A DNA stretch of 64,000 bases, taken from NCBI GenBank assembly GCA_965235115.1, contig OZ249436.1, positions 8,248,001-8,312,000 of the forward strand. The letters are read 5' to 3'. The translations under genes were made by a program, and so were the position numbers. How positions within the stretch are numbered: position 1 is the stretch's first letter; every line of letters begins with the position of its first letter. The notes under the pieces were generated by a model. That model did no database searches. It was given only the letters and a program-made list of their open reading frames with translations, and had not been told where the DNA came from. The DNA is from Laetmonice hystrix. Taxonomy: Eukaryota. Shown here piece by piece: positions 1 through 9,910 of this stretch.

Positions 1-106
1 TTCATACGTTTTCCCCACAAAAAGATTTATTTAAAAAAAATCAAAGCCCCCTGCCCAATTTCTTATCTTTGCGTTCTTCCCATCTGGACAGACCACATAC
101 ATCACT

Positions 107-242
107 TTTAGGGCCAAGATACACAGACCGATTTACGGCACCAATTTTGAGATATGGGCGATTTTTCTCCATAGGAAAACTAGAGAAAAATCGGCCGTAT
201 CACAAAATCGGCCCTAAATCGATTTGTGTATCTGGGCCTTTA
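107..242. mobile_element. Short foldback MITE
   Basis: Imperfect palindrome over its whole length: TAGGGCCAAGATACACAGACCGATTTA...GATTTTTCTC pairs with GAGAAAAATC...TAAATCGATTTGTGTATCTGGGCCTTTA. TA occurs at both ends. Confidence 0.75.
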
Positions 243-587
243 GGAATCGCACAGGGGTACATGCAGGTACCGGTATTAAAGGCAGAGATTCTTTGCAGTT
301 GCACCCCCCCACCCAGCCCAGCATGCAATGGTTCACTTTGGAAGGTCATCTGGTGGGCATAATTTGAACTAAAGTATCTCACTGAAAATTCCTACTCTTC
401 ATGCAGTACCTAAAAAATAATGCCCTAACTTTCACCAGCTTGGGTTTTTTTTTAATTTTTATTTTTTTACGTTTACAAAATTAGTACATGTACATTATTT
501 TATTTTAACCTATGATGGGCAGGATTATCAGAAGAGCTTTCACAATGCCACACAGAAAAGAAGAACACTTTTGCTTTCATTTTCACG

Positions 588-593
588 TTTATT
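588..593 (-). promoter_or_regulatory. Candidate polyadenylation signal of NDUFA13
   Basis: AATAAA on the minus strand about 330 bp after the stop codon; a second copy lies near 499-504. Confidence 0.45.
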
Positions 594-921
594 ACAGTTC
601 CACTTTTTGACTTTACTGAGAGGCCCGATGGATGTAACTTGTATTTACAAATTTCAGCACCAGTAGTGTTTGATAAAAATCATCACAACTCCCCAGTACA
701 TGTACATATCAGCAACTATACAACTACCTTACCGTATTCAAACACTTCTGTGTCTAGTGCACATGTTCCTCGTTTTCTCATTGTTCCATTGTCCCACAGT
801 CCCTTTCAAAATATCTTGTCCTTGAAGTTGAAGGCTGCTGCCAGTAATTGTTCACAAAACAAGGTTCTGGCTGAGGATGGTGGGAGGGTTAGCCCTGAAG
901 ACCTTCTGGCCGTTTGTTTCC

Positions 922-1126
922 TCAATGTTTACGTTTCTCGTAGAGCCGATCATACATCGTCTTCCAGGGAGCGTGGGCGAAATATTCCGGCGGGGTGACT
1001 TCATTGAATCTGTTGGCCAGGTTGTGATAGACCGGGGTGCCATAGTATGTGCCAGTCTCCCAGCCTGGTACATCCTTCATCAGCTCGTTCTCATCATCAC
1101 GGTTCTTCCGTAATTGTGAAAGGAAC
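922..1126 (-). CDS. NDUFA13: NDUFA13 last coding exon
   Basis: TTTCAG acceptor at 1127-1132. Encodes FLSQLRKNRDDENELMKDVPGWETGTYYGTPVYH...EKRKH* with the MKDVPGW motif. The four exons sum to 447 bp, or 148 aa plus stop. Confidence 0.95.
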
Positions 1127-1244
1127 CTGAAACAGTGGTTTAATGATAAGGCTTCAAGAACATTGAGTGACGGGTGGTCTTCATCCATTATTTGTAGTAG
1201 ATGTTCATCTTTTCCAGATATGAATTGTCGAAAACGTCCCTGAA

Positions 1245-1640
1245 CTTGATTGACCTCACAAGGTCACTCAATGTACAGGGAAATAGTAACAAATGAAACT
1301 AATATGACTTCCTAACCTTAGTTTATGGAAAGGACATGGTTATCTTCAACACTTATATTTAATCTGAACACAAAATAAATTGGCACGCTTGTTGCCTCTC
1401 ATATGCCTTCTCTTGTCACCAAGTTTGAGAAATCCAGACAATATGTCAGCGTTATTGCTCCAAATGTCATTATCTGTAAATGTTTTGGAGGTACAGGCCA
1501 TTAAAATTTTCAAGGTCACAGGTCATGGGAAATGGCACCAAACGAAAGTTCATATATGAATTCCTATCTCTAAATAATAGTAACTATTGCGTTATCTTGC
1601 ACCGTTTTCAAGATATGTGCCAAAACAATAATATTTGAAG
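1245..1640 (-). mobile_element. Degenerate fragment related to the ~150 bp core repeats of the 8274-9910 element
   Basis: 1551-1620 (CATATATGAATTCCTATCTCTAAATAATAGTAACTATT...) aligns to the reverse complement of 9838-9904 (CATATATGACTTCCTATCTGTCTATAATAGTAACTATA...). Shared AGGTCA/TGACCT motifs. Ends are uncertain. Confidence 0.6.
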
Positions 1641-2122
1641 GTTCAATAAACAATTATGTCCACCATGTCCCCATATTTGCTCTTAAGAGAGGATATATAG
1701 GCATACATTGCCCCTTCAGTGATCTAGCTAGAAGAAAATCTCAGCGTGGAGTGAACTGCCCGTTTGGGCTAGGTATGCAATTGTGACACAAGAAGTGCGT
1801 CGGGGAAAACAATATTAATAAAATTTTACACTTACTATTTGGAAGTTATTTGAAAATAACTGATTTCAAAATGATTATGTGATATAGTTGGAATTCTTCT
1901 GATAAAAATACGGGCAACCACTTTGAATTACAGACAACCACTACCACATAAAGTAGTACCCGTGGACAACTGGCACTTCAAAGTGTGATTTGTTGAGCAC
2001 TGAAAAAGCATGTTGCCCCATGTCGGTGCAGATGGACCCATGACCCATGACATGGACCCATGGATGCCATTCGCATCCAGTGTGGATTCACCTTAACTTC
2101 ACTACACCATGCTGTTACTTAC

Positions 2123-2194
2123 ATTCGATGTCGTTCAGCCAAGATGAAAGGCTGTAGAGCAATACGAGCATCAGTCGTTTCCAGCTCTTGCTTG
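2123..2194 (-). CDS. NDUFA13: NDUFA13 coding exon 3
   Basis: AAACAG acceptor and AT|GTAAGT donor; 72 bp, phase 2 to 2. Encodes KQELETTDARIALQPFILAERHR(M), matching the ARIAL-x-P-xx-x-AE family motif. Confidence 0.94.
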
Positions 2195-2470
2195 CTGTTT
2201 GAATTATAACAAGAATAGGTACATTTAACCTACCTTCTAATAATTATGACTACGCAGGTTACTCCCTATACTGTACCGATTGATATTTGCCTAAGTATCA
2301 AGGGGGCAAATTCTACTAAGGCAGACGATATCACAACTGTGCCGCTGGACATTTAGAACAATAAGCTCCATAATATGTATTTATAAATTAAACACGACAC
2401 AACCAAATTCTTTCACAAAAAACTAATTATAGACAAATATCATGATATGATGTGGCTTCCCATTACTGTA

Positions 2471-3332
2471 TATATCGGGTGGATAAAAAAAAACGCCCCG
2501 AACTTTAAACTTTAATATTTCAAAAACTATGCATTATAATTCAATAAAATTTCTCTTAATATCACTTCATTATATTATCTCTGGTATATTAAAGTTTCAG
2601 CTCAATAGCTTTGATATTAATCCCGTGGCGCTAAAAACAAAAATCAGTGTCTAAAAACGAAATGCCGGAATTAGGTCAAATATCATGCAGCTGCCAGGTG
2701 TCCAATTTGACACCTGTTTGATGCACCGCATTGTACCTTGGGTAAAAAAAAGTCAATATTTAGTTTTTGCATGTTTTACAATATGTATCATGTTGTGGAC
2801 CACTAGATATAATAAAATATGTGCTATTCCTAGTACTTTTAGAGAAAAACAGATGTTTAATGTGCCAAACCCTACACAGAAACTGCAACATTAGGACGAT
2901 TATGACTGTAACGAGAAGTTCAAGGGAAATCGTATCATTATCATGTTTAGCAACACGTTCAGAACGCTGCTTATTTCCCAATAATGGGAAGATAATTCCC
3001 TATCAGAGATCAGGAAGTGCATTGGCGCATGTAAAAAGAGACTGAGAGCAGTATGAAGTGAAAACGGGGGACCGATTGACCACCTACTTAGTGTGAGGCC
3101 AGGGACTCTGGTGCGACTACCACTCGCTTTAGTCCGGCATTGCGCTTTTGTACAATGATTTTTGTTTTTAGCGCTACGGAAAGATTATCCAAGCTATTGA
3201 GTTGTAACATTAACAACTAAGAGACAACATCATGAAGTGATAGTAAGAAAAATTTCATTGAATTACAATCAATACTTTTTGAAATATTGGAGTTTAAAGT
3301 TCGGGGCGTTTTTTTTTATCCACCCGATATAT
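2471..3332. mobile_element. Non-autonomous Tc1/mariner-like element with long (~200 bp) terminal inverted repeats, in intron 2
   Basis: TATATCGGGTGGATAAAAAAAAACGCCCCGAACTTTAAAC at the left end and its reverse complement ending at about 3332. Similarity continues inward to about 2675 and 3128. TA-rich ends; no transposase ORF. Confidence 0.85.
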
Positions 3333-3664
3333 GCAGTTTTAATATCTTGGCCCACCAGGCCAATCCAAAATAAAGTTACGGTCTTGGTAAGCAGTCCAAT
3401 GGCCCATCTAAAGTTGTCCAGGGCAGTGCATGCTTGTAGCATGTAATGCTTGTTAAGCAGACCAAGTCAGGGCTGTTTATTAACTTTAATTTAACCAATA
3501 GTTACATGTATACCAGTACAGGCTACTATTATCCTTTTATTCATTCATTCACAGGTCTCTCATTAAAATAACTGACCAGTTCATCTACAGACTTGATGTA
3601 TCAATATGCAATACTATTAGTGATCCCATGTATGATAACGTAATACAGAATTATACATACCCGA

Positions 3665-3711
3665 AGGTCCCGTATCCCATGAGGCCGAAGGCTGAATGGG
3701 ATACGGGACCT
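3665..3711. repeat. Perfect 16 bp stem hairpin
   Basis: AGGTCCCGTATCCCAT (3665-3680) pairs with ATGGGATACGGGACCT (3696-3711); the loop contains GCCGAAGGC. Confidence 0.8.
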
Positions 3712-4021
3712 CAAGGTTTTATCATTTGGTTCACTCATTAAAAAGCCCCCCCCCCCAAAAAAAAAACAGCTATTGGGATAGGCCTAGACCCTTGTTTACA
3801 TCTGATTGTGCCTTGTTTGATTCATTCATTGTCACGTCAGAATGATCAAACTTTGCACTCTGATTATGACTTCATAGTGTTGGAAGCTTCAAAACGAGGA
3901 GGCACCATGCAATGCAGGGTTAGCCACGCAATACGGGAATATATTTCTAACGAACTGACCAATCACGTTTCAGTATTCTGCCCAACCAAATCATAAATAT
4001 GTACAATGACAATGTACTTAC

Positions 4022-4100
4022 CGTTTAATTTTCCTCTCAAGCACATATAATGCGATTGCTATACCATTAATAGCAAAGACTGTTCCAAAAATTGCATATC
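4022..4100 (-). CDS. NDUFA13: NDUFA13 coding exon 2 (transmembrane helix)
   Basis: TTTCAG acceptor and CG|GTAAGT donor; 79 bp, phase 1 to 2. Encodes (G)YAIFGTVFAINGIAIALYVLERKIK(R) and joins exons 1 and 3 in frame. Confidence 0.92.
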
Positions 4101-5217
4101 CTGAAATGCAACATATATTTTAAGTTAGACCAAAGGTGAAAATGCTAGTTTGTATTCCCTCCGAGAAATATTCTAGACATAGTCTGTAGGAAAACATGGG
4201 CTGGGAGTATATGCCATACATGTTCTTACAAATTTCAGCGACTGCGGATTCAACTTTGAAATTATTAATGGGGAATGACAAACAAAATATGCACCATTTT
4301 GGTTTCCCATATAGCCAAAAGTCCTAGAGAGGGAGCCGAGGTGCACAGATGAGCTGGGGGAAACTTTGAAATATTTGTGCAGTTAGCTGCCTAAACAAAC
4401 TCCATGACATTTCATAATTAATAGAAGCGGCAAGTGGCACCTGGTATCTTGCCACGATCTTATTACATCTGGCATAAATATTTTTAAAGGGGGTCTTTGT
4501 CAAATTGTGTTATGCCAACTCTAATTACCATATTATCTGTTTGGTGAGGGGTCAGTGATAAGCCCTACTCGGAGGCAGGGACTAATACAAAGACTACAAT
4601 GACTACACCCGGGCCGGCGTATCATTATCAATGACTATCCCGCCGTGACCTGTTTTCGTCGTTCTCCTGATTTCGTCGGTCACGTGACTTTTGAAGACGC
4701 GAGCGTTTTGAGAATGTAAACAATACCAATTTGACAGCTCCATACCTGCTTGTTGCTCCTGGAATATTTTTTTTTCGAAATAGAGATAGATTCTCTACGC
4801 AAAGTAAGATTTTTTTTTTCATACCGTCGGAAGGTTATTTTCACCTATCTTGCTTATTACTTTTGACCAGTTGCCTAAAATGAGCTTAATACATAATTAT
4901 TGACGCATTAGGAGCAAGCCCTCCCGTCATCTGCTACCTCCATTCTCTGTCTAACATACGCATGATCCGTTTCCGCAGAAAAAAATGCCACCGTACCAGT
5001 TATTAACGACCGCCGACGAAAACTGGTGACGTAGTACACACGAAACAGTGAGTAGTCTAAGCGACCGCCAAGGTTGTTGACATTTATGACCGCTGTATTT
5101 ACTCAAGTGTATCGATCTTTTATACAGTTATGTCAGTTTTGATGCTGATTATACCAGGTATAATCAGCATATATCAGCAGATATGTTGGCCTTGTGAATA
5201 ATTTACAGATCTATTGT

Positions 5218-5819
5218 GGTTGCCAGAGGAGTCTGCTACGCGAGGAGTGTGCTACTCGTTCTGTGCTACGGCCTACGCGACTCAGCCGGGCCGCCGCGGC
5301 CCCGGTGCCCGTTAACTCGAACTTTACACTAGCAACATACATTTCTATGTTGTAGACTCTAGTCTAAGTGTGATAACGATGCGTAGCATAGTTTATGAAA
5401 AAACGCGAGTTTAAAATGTGTGTGTGCCAGCGGCAGCCTTCCCTCCCGTGGGGCGAACTGTGACGCCACCGTCCCTCTCAGAGCACTGCCGGGGTGGGGG
5501 GTGTCTGTGTGTGTAAGGACCGCAGTAGGCCTAGCATAGCCATAGGCCTACATTGGTGACCAATGACGGTGGACTCCACTCCACCGGGCCACCCCTTCCC
5601 GGCCCGGAGCCCGTTTCCCTACCCTCCCGACCGTCGGTTCCACACCGCGCCGCCCGCCTGTCACGGCACCACCCTCCCCTCCAGACCGTCGGCCCCGGCT
5701 CCAGTCCGCGGCCGCCCACTCCCACCATGCCGCCCCAAACCCTTCCCCGACCCGGCACAGCACACTCCTCTGAAAATACCGTAGCACACTCCTCGCGTAG
5801 CAGACTCCTCTGGATACCC
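5218..5819. mobile_element. GC-rich MITE with a 33 bp perfect inverted repeat, in intron 1
   Basis: CCAGAGGAGTCTGCTACGCGAGGAGTGTGCTAC (5223-5255) and its exact reverse complement (5781-5813). Outermost bases are degenerate; target-site duplication not resolved. Confidence 0.8.
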
Positions 5820-6132
5820 TACGGAAAGCTGAAACAAAACTGTAGTAGCTAGGCTAAATAAAACTACGCTCGCCCCTGGGTAGCACCCAAATCATATTAT
5901 TACACAGTGTTAGTGTATAATGCTCAGGGGTGCGGGTAAAAAAAAACAATCATAAATTATCGTTCTCGTTGCTTGATCATTTTGACAATGACTGAGACTG
6001 ACTCTGACTCTGAGTCTGAGTGACCTTGCCAGGCTTGGCCTTGGTCTCAGACCCATGATATTTCACAAATGTTAGCAATTCATACATTCTAACACACATG
6101 AAATTATGCATCAGATGTTCCTGTATACGTAC

Positions 6133-6223
6133 CACTCATACCAGTCTTTGGAAGTTTCTTCGCCCAATCAACCGGCCCGTAGCCACCCTCAGGTGGCATA
6201 TCTTGCCTAAACTTGGACGCCAT
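6133..6223 (-). CDS. NDUFA13: NADH:ubiquinone oxidoreductase subunit A13 (GRIM-19), coding exon 1
   Basis: Manual translation gives [30 protein letters not shown](G), containing the QDMPPxGGY N-terminal signature of the family. 91 bp, ending in a phase-1 G|GTACGT donor. Confidence 0.95.
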
Positions 6224-6540
6224 TGCTGGAACGACAGCCTTGGCCCTTGCCTCCTTCACTACCTCATGTATTTTGATTATCAATTGTTTATTTCAATATC
6301 ATCTAAAAACAAGGCTGTTCATTTCTATTTTTGAAACAAAAAAAAGTATAACAGAAATAATATAATATGGAAACAAACCTAAGTTCAAACCTAAACCCCA
6401 AAATAAGTACCATTATTTCAAGCGCGAGGTAACTCAAATTTGGTGGACTGGTCCCCTGTCCATCACGGAGCGAGCGCAGCGCCAGTGTAGCGTTGTGGTA
6501 GCTTTGGGAACCAGTGTACAAATTTGGCTGTATGGCATGC

Positions 6541-6556
6541 TCACCAGGTGGCGCCA
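6541..6556 (+). promoter_or_regulatory. CTCF-like motif upstream of NDUFA13
   Basis: TCACCAGGTGGCGCCA closely matches the CTCF core consensus CCACYAGRKGGCGC. Confidence 0.45.
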
Positions 6557-6693
6557 GTCTGTAAGGTAGACTGTTTTACTGTTCTCACGCTAGGGCGAGC
6601 CCCTGGCAGAGTACGATTAATGAGAAAATCGTTTCTCACATAGATCTAATCACATGTATATCTATGAGGGCCTATGTAGGAACCCCCCCAGGT

Positions 6694-6843
6694 CAGGGCC
6701 GGATCCAGGATTCTTAGAAAGGGGGGGGGGGTGGCCCCTGGAGAAGATTGCGAAGTACTGGTAAAATTCCGAGTTCAAAAAATCATTATTCTGCCAAAAA
6801 TAGGGGGCGTACGCCCCCCACGCCCCCCTTGGATCCGGCCCTG
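6694..6843. mobile_element. 150 bp hAT-like MITE with a 5 bp target-site duplication
   Basis: 14 bp terminal inverted repeat CAGGGCCGGATCCA / TGGATCCGGCCCTG; CAGGT directly flanks both ends (6689-6693 and 6844-6848). Confidence 0.85.
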
Positions 6844-7206
6844 CAGGTGGCTGGTTGGACCCGCAAACCGGCACCTAAACCCGCTGACCAGCGAGGACAG
6901 CCATATAGGACCCGCCTCTACTTTGTGTCGTTTGTTGAGGATCGATAGTCTGCGGCTTGATCACACGTCTACAGGCTAAATTAGTCAAATTAGCTCAAAA
7001 TACCTTAGGCCTATAGTAGGCCTAGACTCTACGCCTCAGACCAAGTTTGGTTAAGATATCTTGAAAACTGACTGAGATAGACGTAGCCTACTGTTTACTA
7101 CCGTAGGCCTAGATCTAGCCTACTACTAGGCCTACTACAACGCAAAGACCATACAATTTCAAGATCCCATCCCCCTGTAGGGTAGGGCCTACCGGTACAC
7201 AGATGC

Positions 7207-8273
7207 TACAACAGTAGCTAGTATTAGATCTATAGGGACGCCTCGTGTGTCATGTTTCATGCCTTTATTGTCCAGGAGGCAGGCCATACGTTTCGTCTAT
7301 CATCTACTACCATCTAATCTGTGTCCCCTACAGACTATCTGTAAGCGTCCGACAACGTTGTCAGGTCGTCCCAATGGCTGTTTGCCGTAAAGGTTTAATT
7401 AACAATGGCAAATGACGTTGTACGACTTTTGTATATCAGATATCCCATCCCCAAGTAACAAAAAATAAAGAAGATTGCAGAGATGTTGCAGGCAAAAAAC
7501 ACCAGGGTGCTCTAATGACGACTGCACTGCTACCTTCCGGCTACCGTTGGAATCACCACGTATATAAGCTTATAGGCTACCTGGCCGGGCTGGCGGGCAC
7601 CTGTGCCTCTTAAGCAAGCGACAGGTTAATGCAATGATAAGCGAAAAATGGCTACATTTTTGATACGTCAAATTGAAACTACGCCCCCCCCCCAAATTAT
7701 GATTCTTAGGCCTGATGTATAACTGTCAAACGCATCGGTCTCGTACGTTCGCTACAGATAAAAATGTTTGTGATATGCAGGCCTATATACTTTCCATTGG
7801 AATATCTTGTCCAAATTTTAACATTAGATGATCCTTGCCTGTACCTTTCATTTCCACTACCTCACTGTACTGTTTGCATAGGTACTAGGCCAGTCGGTAA
7901 GATGTAGGGACTTCCCACTCTACTGGTTGGCCTTCCACACGGCTTGGCCTCACAGTATACTGTTTGGCCTCACTCTACTGTTTGGCCTCACTGTAGTGTT
8001 CGCTTGGGTATACTAGGCCGGCCAGTACCTTGTAGGGATTCCTCACTGTACCGTTTGGCCTCCCTGTATTCCTTGGCCTCACTATACAACAGTAGCCAGT
8101 AGTATAGGGACGCCTCATGTGTCATGTTTCCATGCCTTTATTGTCCAGGAGGCAGGCCATAGAGGTCTACGTTTGGTCTATCATCTACTCCCATCTAATC
8201 TGTGTCCCCTACAGACTATCTGTAAGCGTCCGAAACCACGTTGTCAGGTCGTCCCAATGGCTGTTTGCCGTAA
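7207..8273 (-). repeat. Diverged inverted copy (~1.25 monomers) of the 845 bp satellite
   Basis: Its reverse complement aligns along the whole monomer. It is internally tandem: 7207-7390 recurs at about 8085-8273. It carries many substitutions and indels relative to the array. Confidence 0.95.
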
Positions 8274-8328
8274 TTACGTCTCCCCCCAGCTGGGGGAGAC
8301 GTTTTGTTTTGCACGCTGTTTCTGACCG

Positions 8329-8415
<87 letters not shown>

Positions 8416-8419
8416 TTTT

Positions 8420-8459
<40 letters not shown>

Positions 8460-8461
8460 TT
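8329..8461 (+). repeat. (CT)n-(CTTT)n microsatellite
   Basis: About 30 CTTT units with one interruption, read directly. Confidence 0.98.
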
Positions 8462-9530
8462 ATTTTCTTCTTTTTGGAATAACTCGGCCACTGTTAGAGA
8501 GGGAGTTATCAAATTTGAAATGCCCCGACAGAACCATCTGAAAAATCTTGGTTTCTACTTATAGTGCCATTTGACCTTTGACCTCTTCCGTGGCACGAAT
8601 GTGCCAACTTGTGCTGTGATCACGATAACGCGAGAAAAATAGCCTGAATCGATCCAAAATTGGTATGTCGGCCTTCTTTCATCCGGGGCTTGGACAAGTT
8701 CGAAAACCAGTTTGGTTGACCTAGAACTTTCAAGATGGCGACTGATCTAAAAAAAATGGCACGTGCCATTTTTTTGCCAAAGCCATAACTCGGAAAATAC
8801 TGGCTGGAATAACATCAAATTTGGTCAGCAGGGTCATCTATGTGCCAAATTTAGATTTCCCGGAGGACACGGTCGTGTGACCCCAGATGACCTCCGTGTG
8901 ACCTTCAACATTTTCGAAGTGGTTGGGCGCTTACTTGACATCAGCCCAAAAACTACCGGGGCTAGAAACTCCTAATTTGGGGAAAAGACAACTGTGGATA
9001 TTTTTTCGGGATTTTGCTATTTTTAGCACTTCATGACCTTTGACCTCAGTACCGTGCCAACCTTAGAGAAGCCTTTTATATCCCCCAAACCCCTGACCGT
9101 ATCTTTATGAAACTTGGTGGAGAAGAATCTCCAGGTCTTTGCCTACAACCGCTACATTAAGTGTTTTTCTCTACAGATAATAGTTTCCGACTTATGCGGC
9201 TGGAATTGGACCATCTTTCCGACACACAGCCACACAGCGCGTAAACAACTTGTTTCTGATTGGCTGTATGCTAATGAGTATCCAGAACTAGCGTGGGAAA
9301 AAAAAATTCGCCAGCGGGCCCGCTCCCAGTCACTGGCCTGTGCGCCTGTTCTCAGCCGTTGTCCCTGGCAACCCCCGCCAATCCCCAGTCAGGCGTCCTT
9401 CTCAGCCGCAGATCCCACAACTGAGTTACATAACACTTCCACGCTCCACCAACAACCACCAACTCCTTTACCACAGCCGGTACATCGCGCACACACACAC
9501 CCACACCCCTACCCACATACATACATACCT

Positions 9531-9906
9531 TATCGTCATCGGTATTTTCAGCTAGCAGTAACTTGGCAATAGAGCCAGATAGGGCCTTGAAGACAGATTG
9601 GAGTTATATATGGCCTTTAAAACCATTTTTAATTAGGTCACGTGACCCTACGTGACTCTATGACGTCATCGGTATTTTCAATTAGCAGTAACTTGGAAAT
9701 AGAGCCAGATAGGCCCATAGTTACTATTGAAGACAGATAGGAAGTCATTAGGCCTATGGCCTTTAAAATGACACAATTTTTAATTAGGTCACGTGACCCT
9801 ACGTGACTCTATGACGTCATCGGTACTTTCAATTAGCAATAACTTGGAAACAGAGCCAGATAGGCCTATAGTTACTATTATAGACAGATAGGAAGTCATA
9901 TATGGC
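9531..9906 (+). repeat. About 2.6 tandem copies of a 130-150 bp unit
   Basis: CGTCATCGGTA(T/C)TTTCA...GAGCCAGATAGG recurs near 9534, 9664 and 9815; TTTTTAATTAGGTCACGTGACCCTACGTGACTCTATGACG occurs twice. Confidence 0.9.
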
Positions 9907-9910
9907 GGCT

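Larger units (their letters stand above)
8274..9910 (+). mobile_element. Putative Helentron-associated (DINE-1/HINE-like) non-autonomous element, apparently truncated by the array
   Basis: Starts with TT and a near-perfect palindrome ACGTCTCCCCC(C)AGCTGGGGGAGACGT (8276-8302). A tetranucleotide microsatellite, TGACCTTTGACCT motifs and ~150 bp tandem core repeats follow. The family is assigned on architecture only. Confidence 0.55.

Noticed and set aside
1127..1188. N-terminal part of the 922..1188 ORF (MDEDHPSLNV...)
   Set aside because: It is intronic read-through upstream of the true splice acceptor at 1127.
4548..5069. Possible further terminal-inverted-repeat element in intron 1
   Set aside because: Only CTACTC/GAGTAG and weak flanking similarity support it; too degenerate to call.
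5531..5852. Four overlapping Pro/Gly/Arg-rich ORFs
   Set aside because: They are a by-product of the stop-poor GC-rich MITE interior.
8117..8564. ORFs rich in FFLS or KKER repeats
   Set aside because: These are translations of the (CTTT)n microsatellite.
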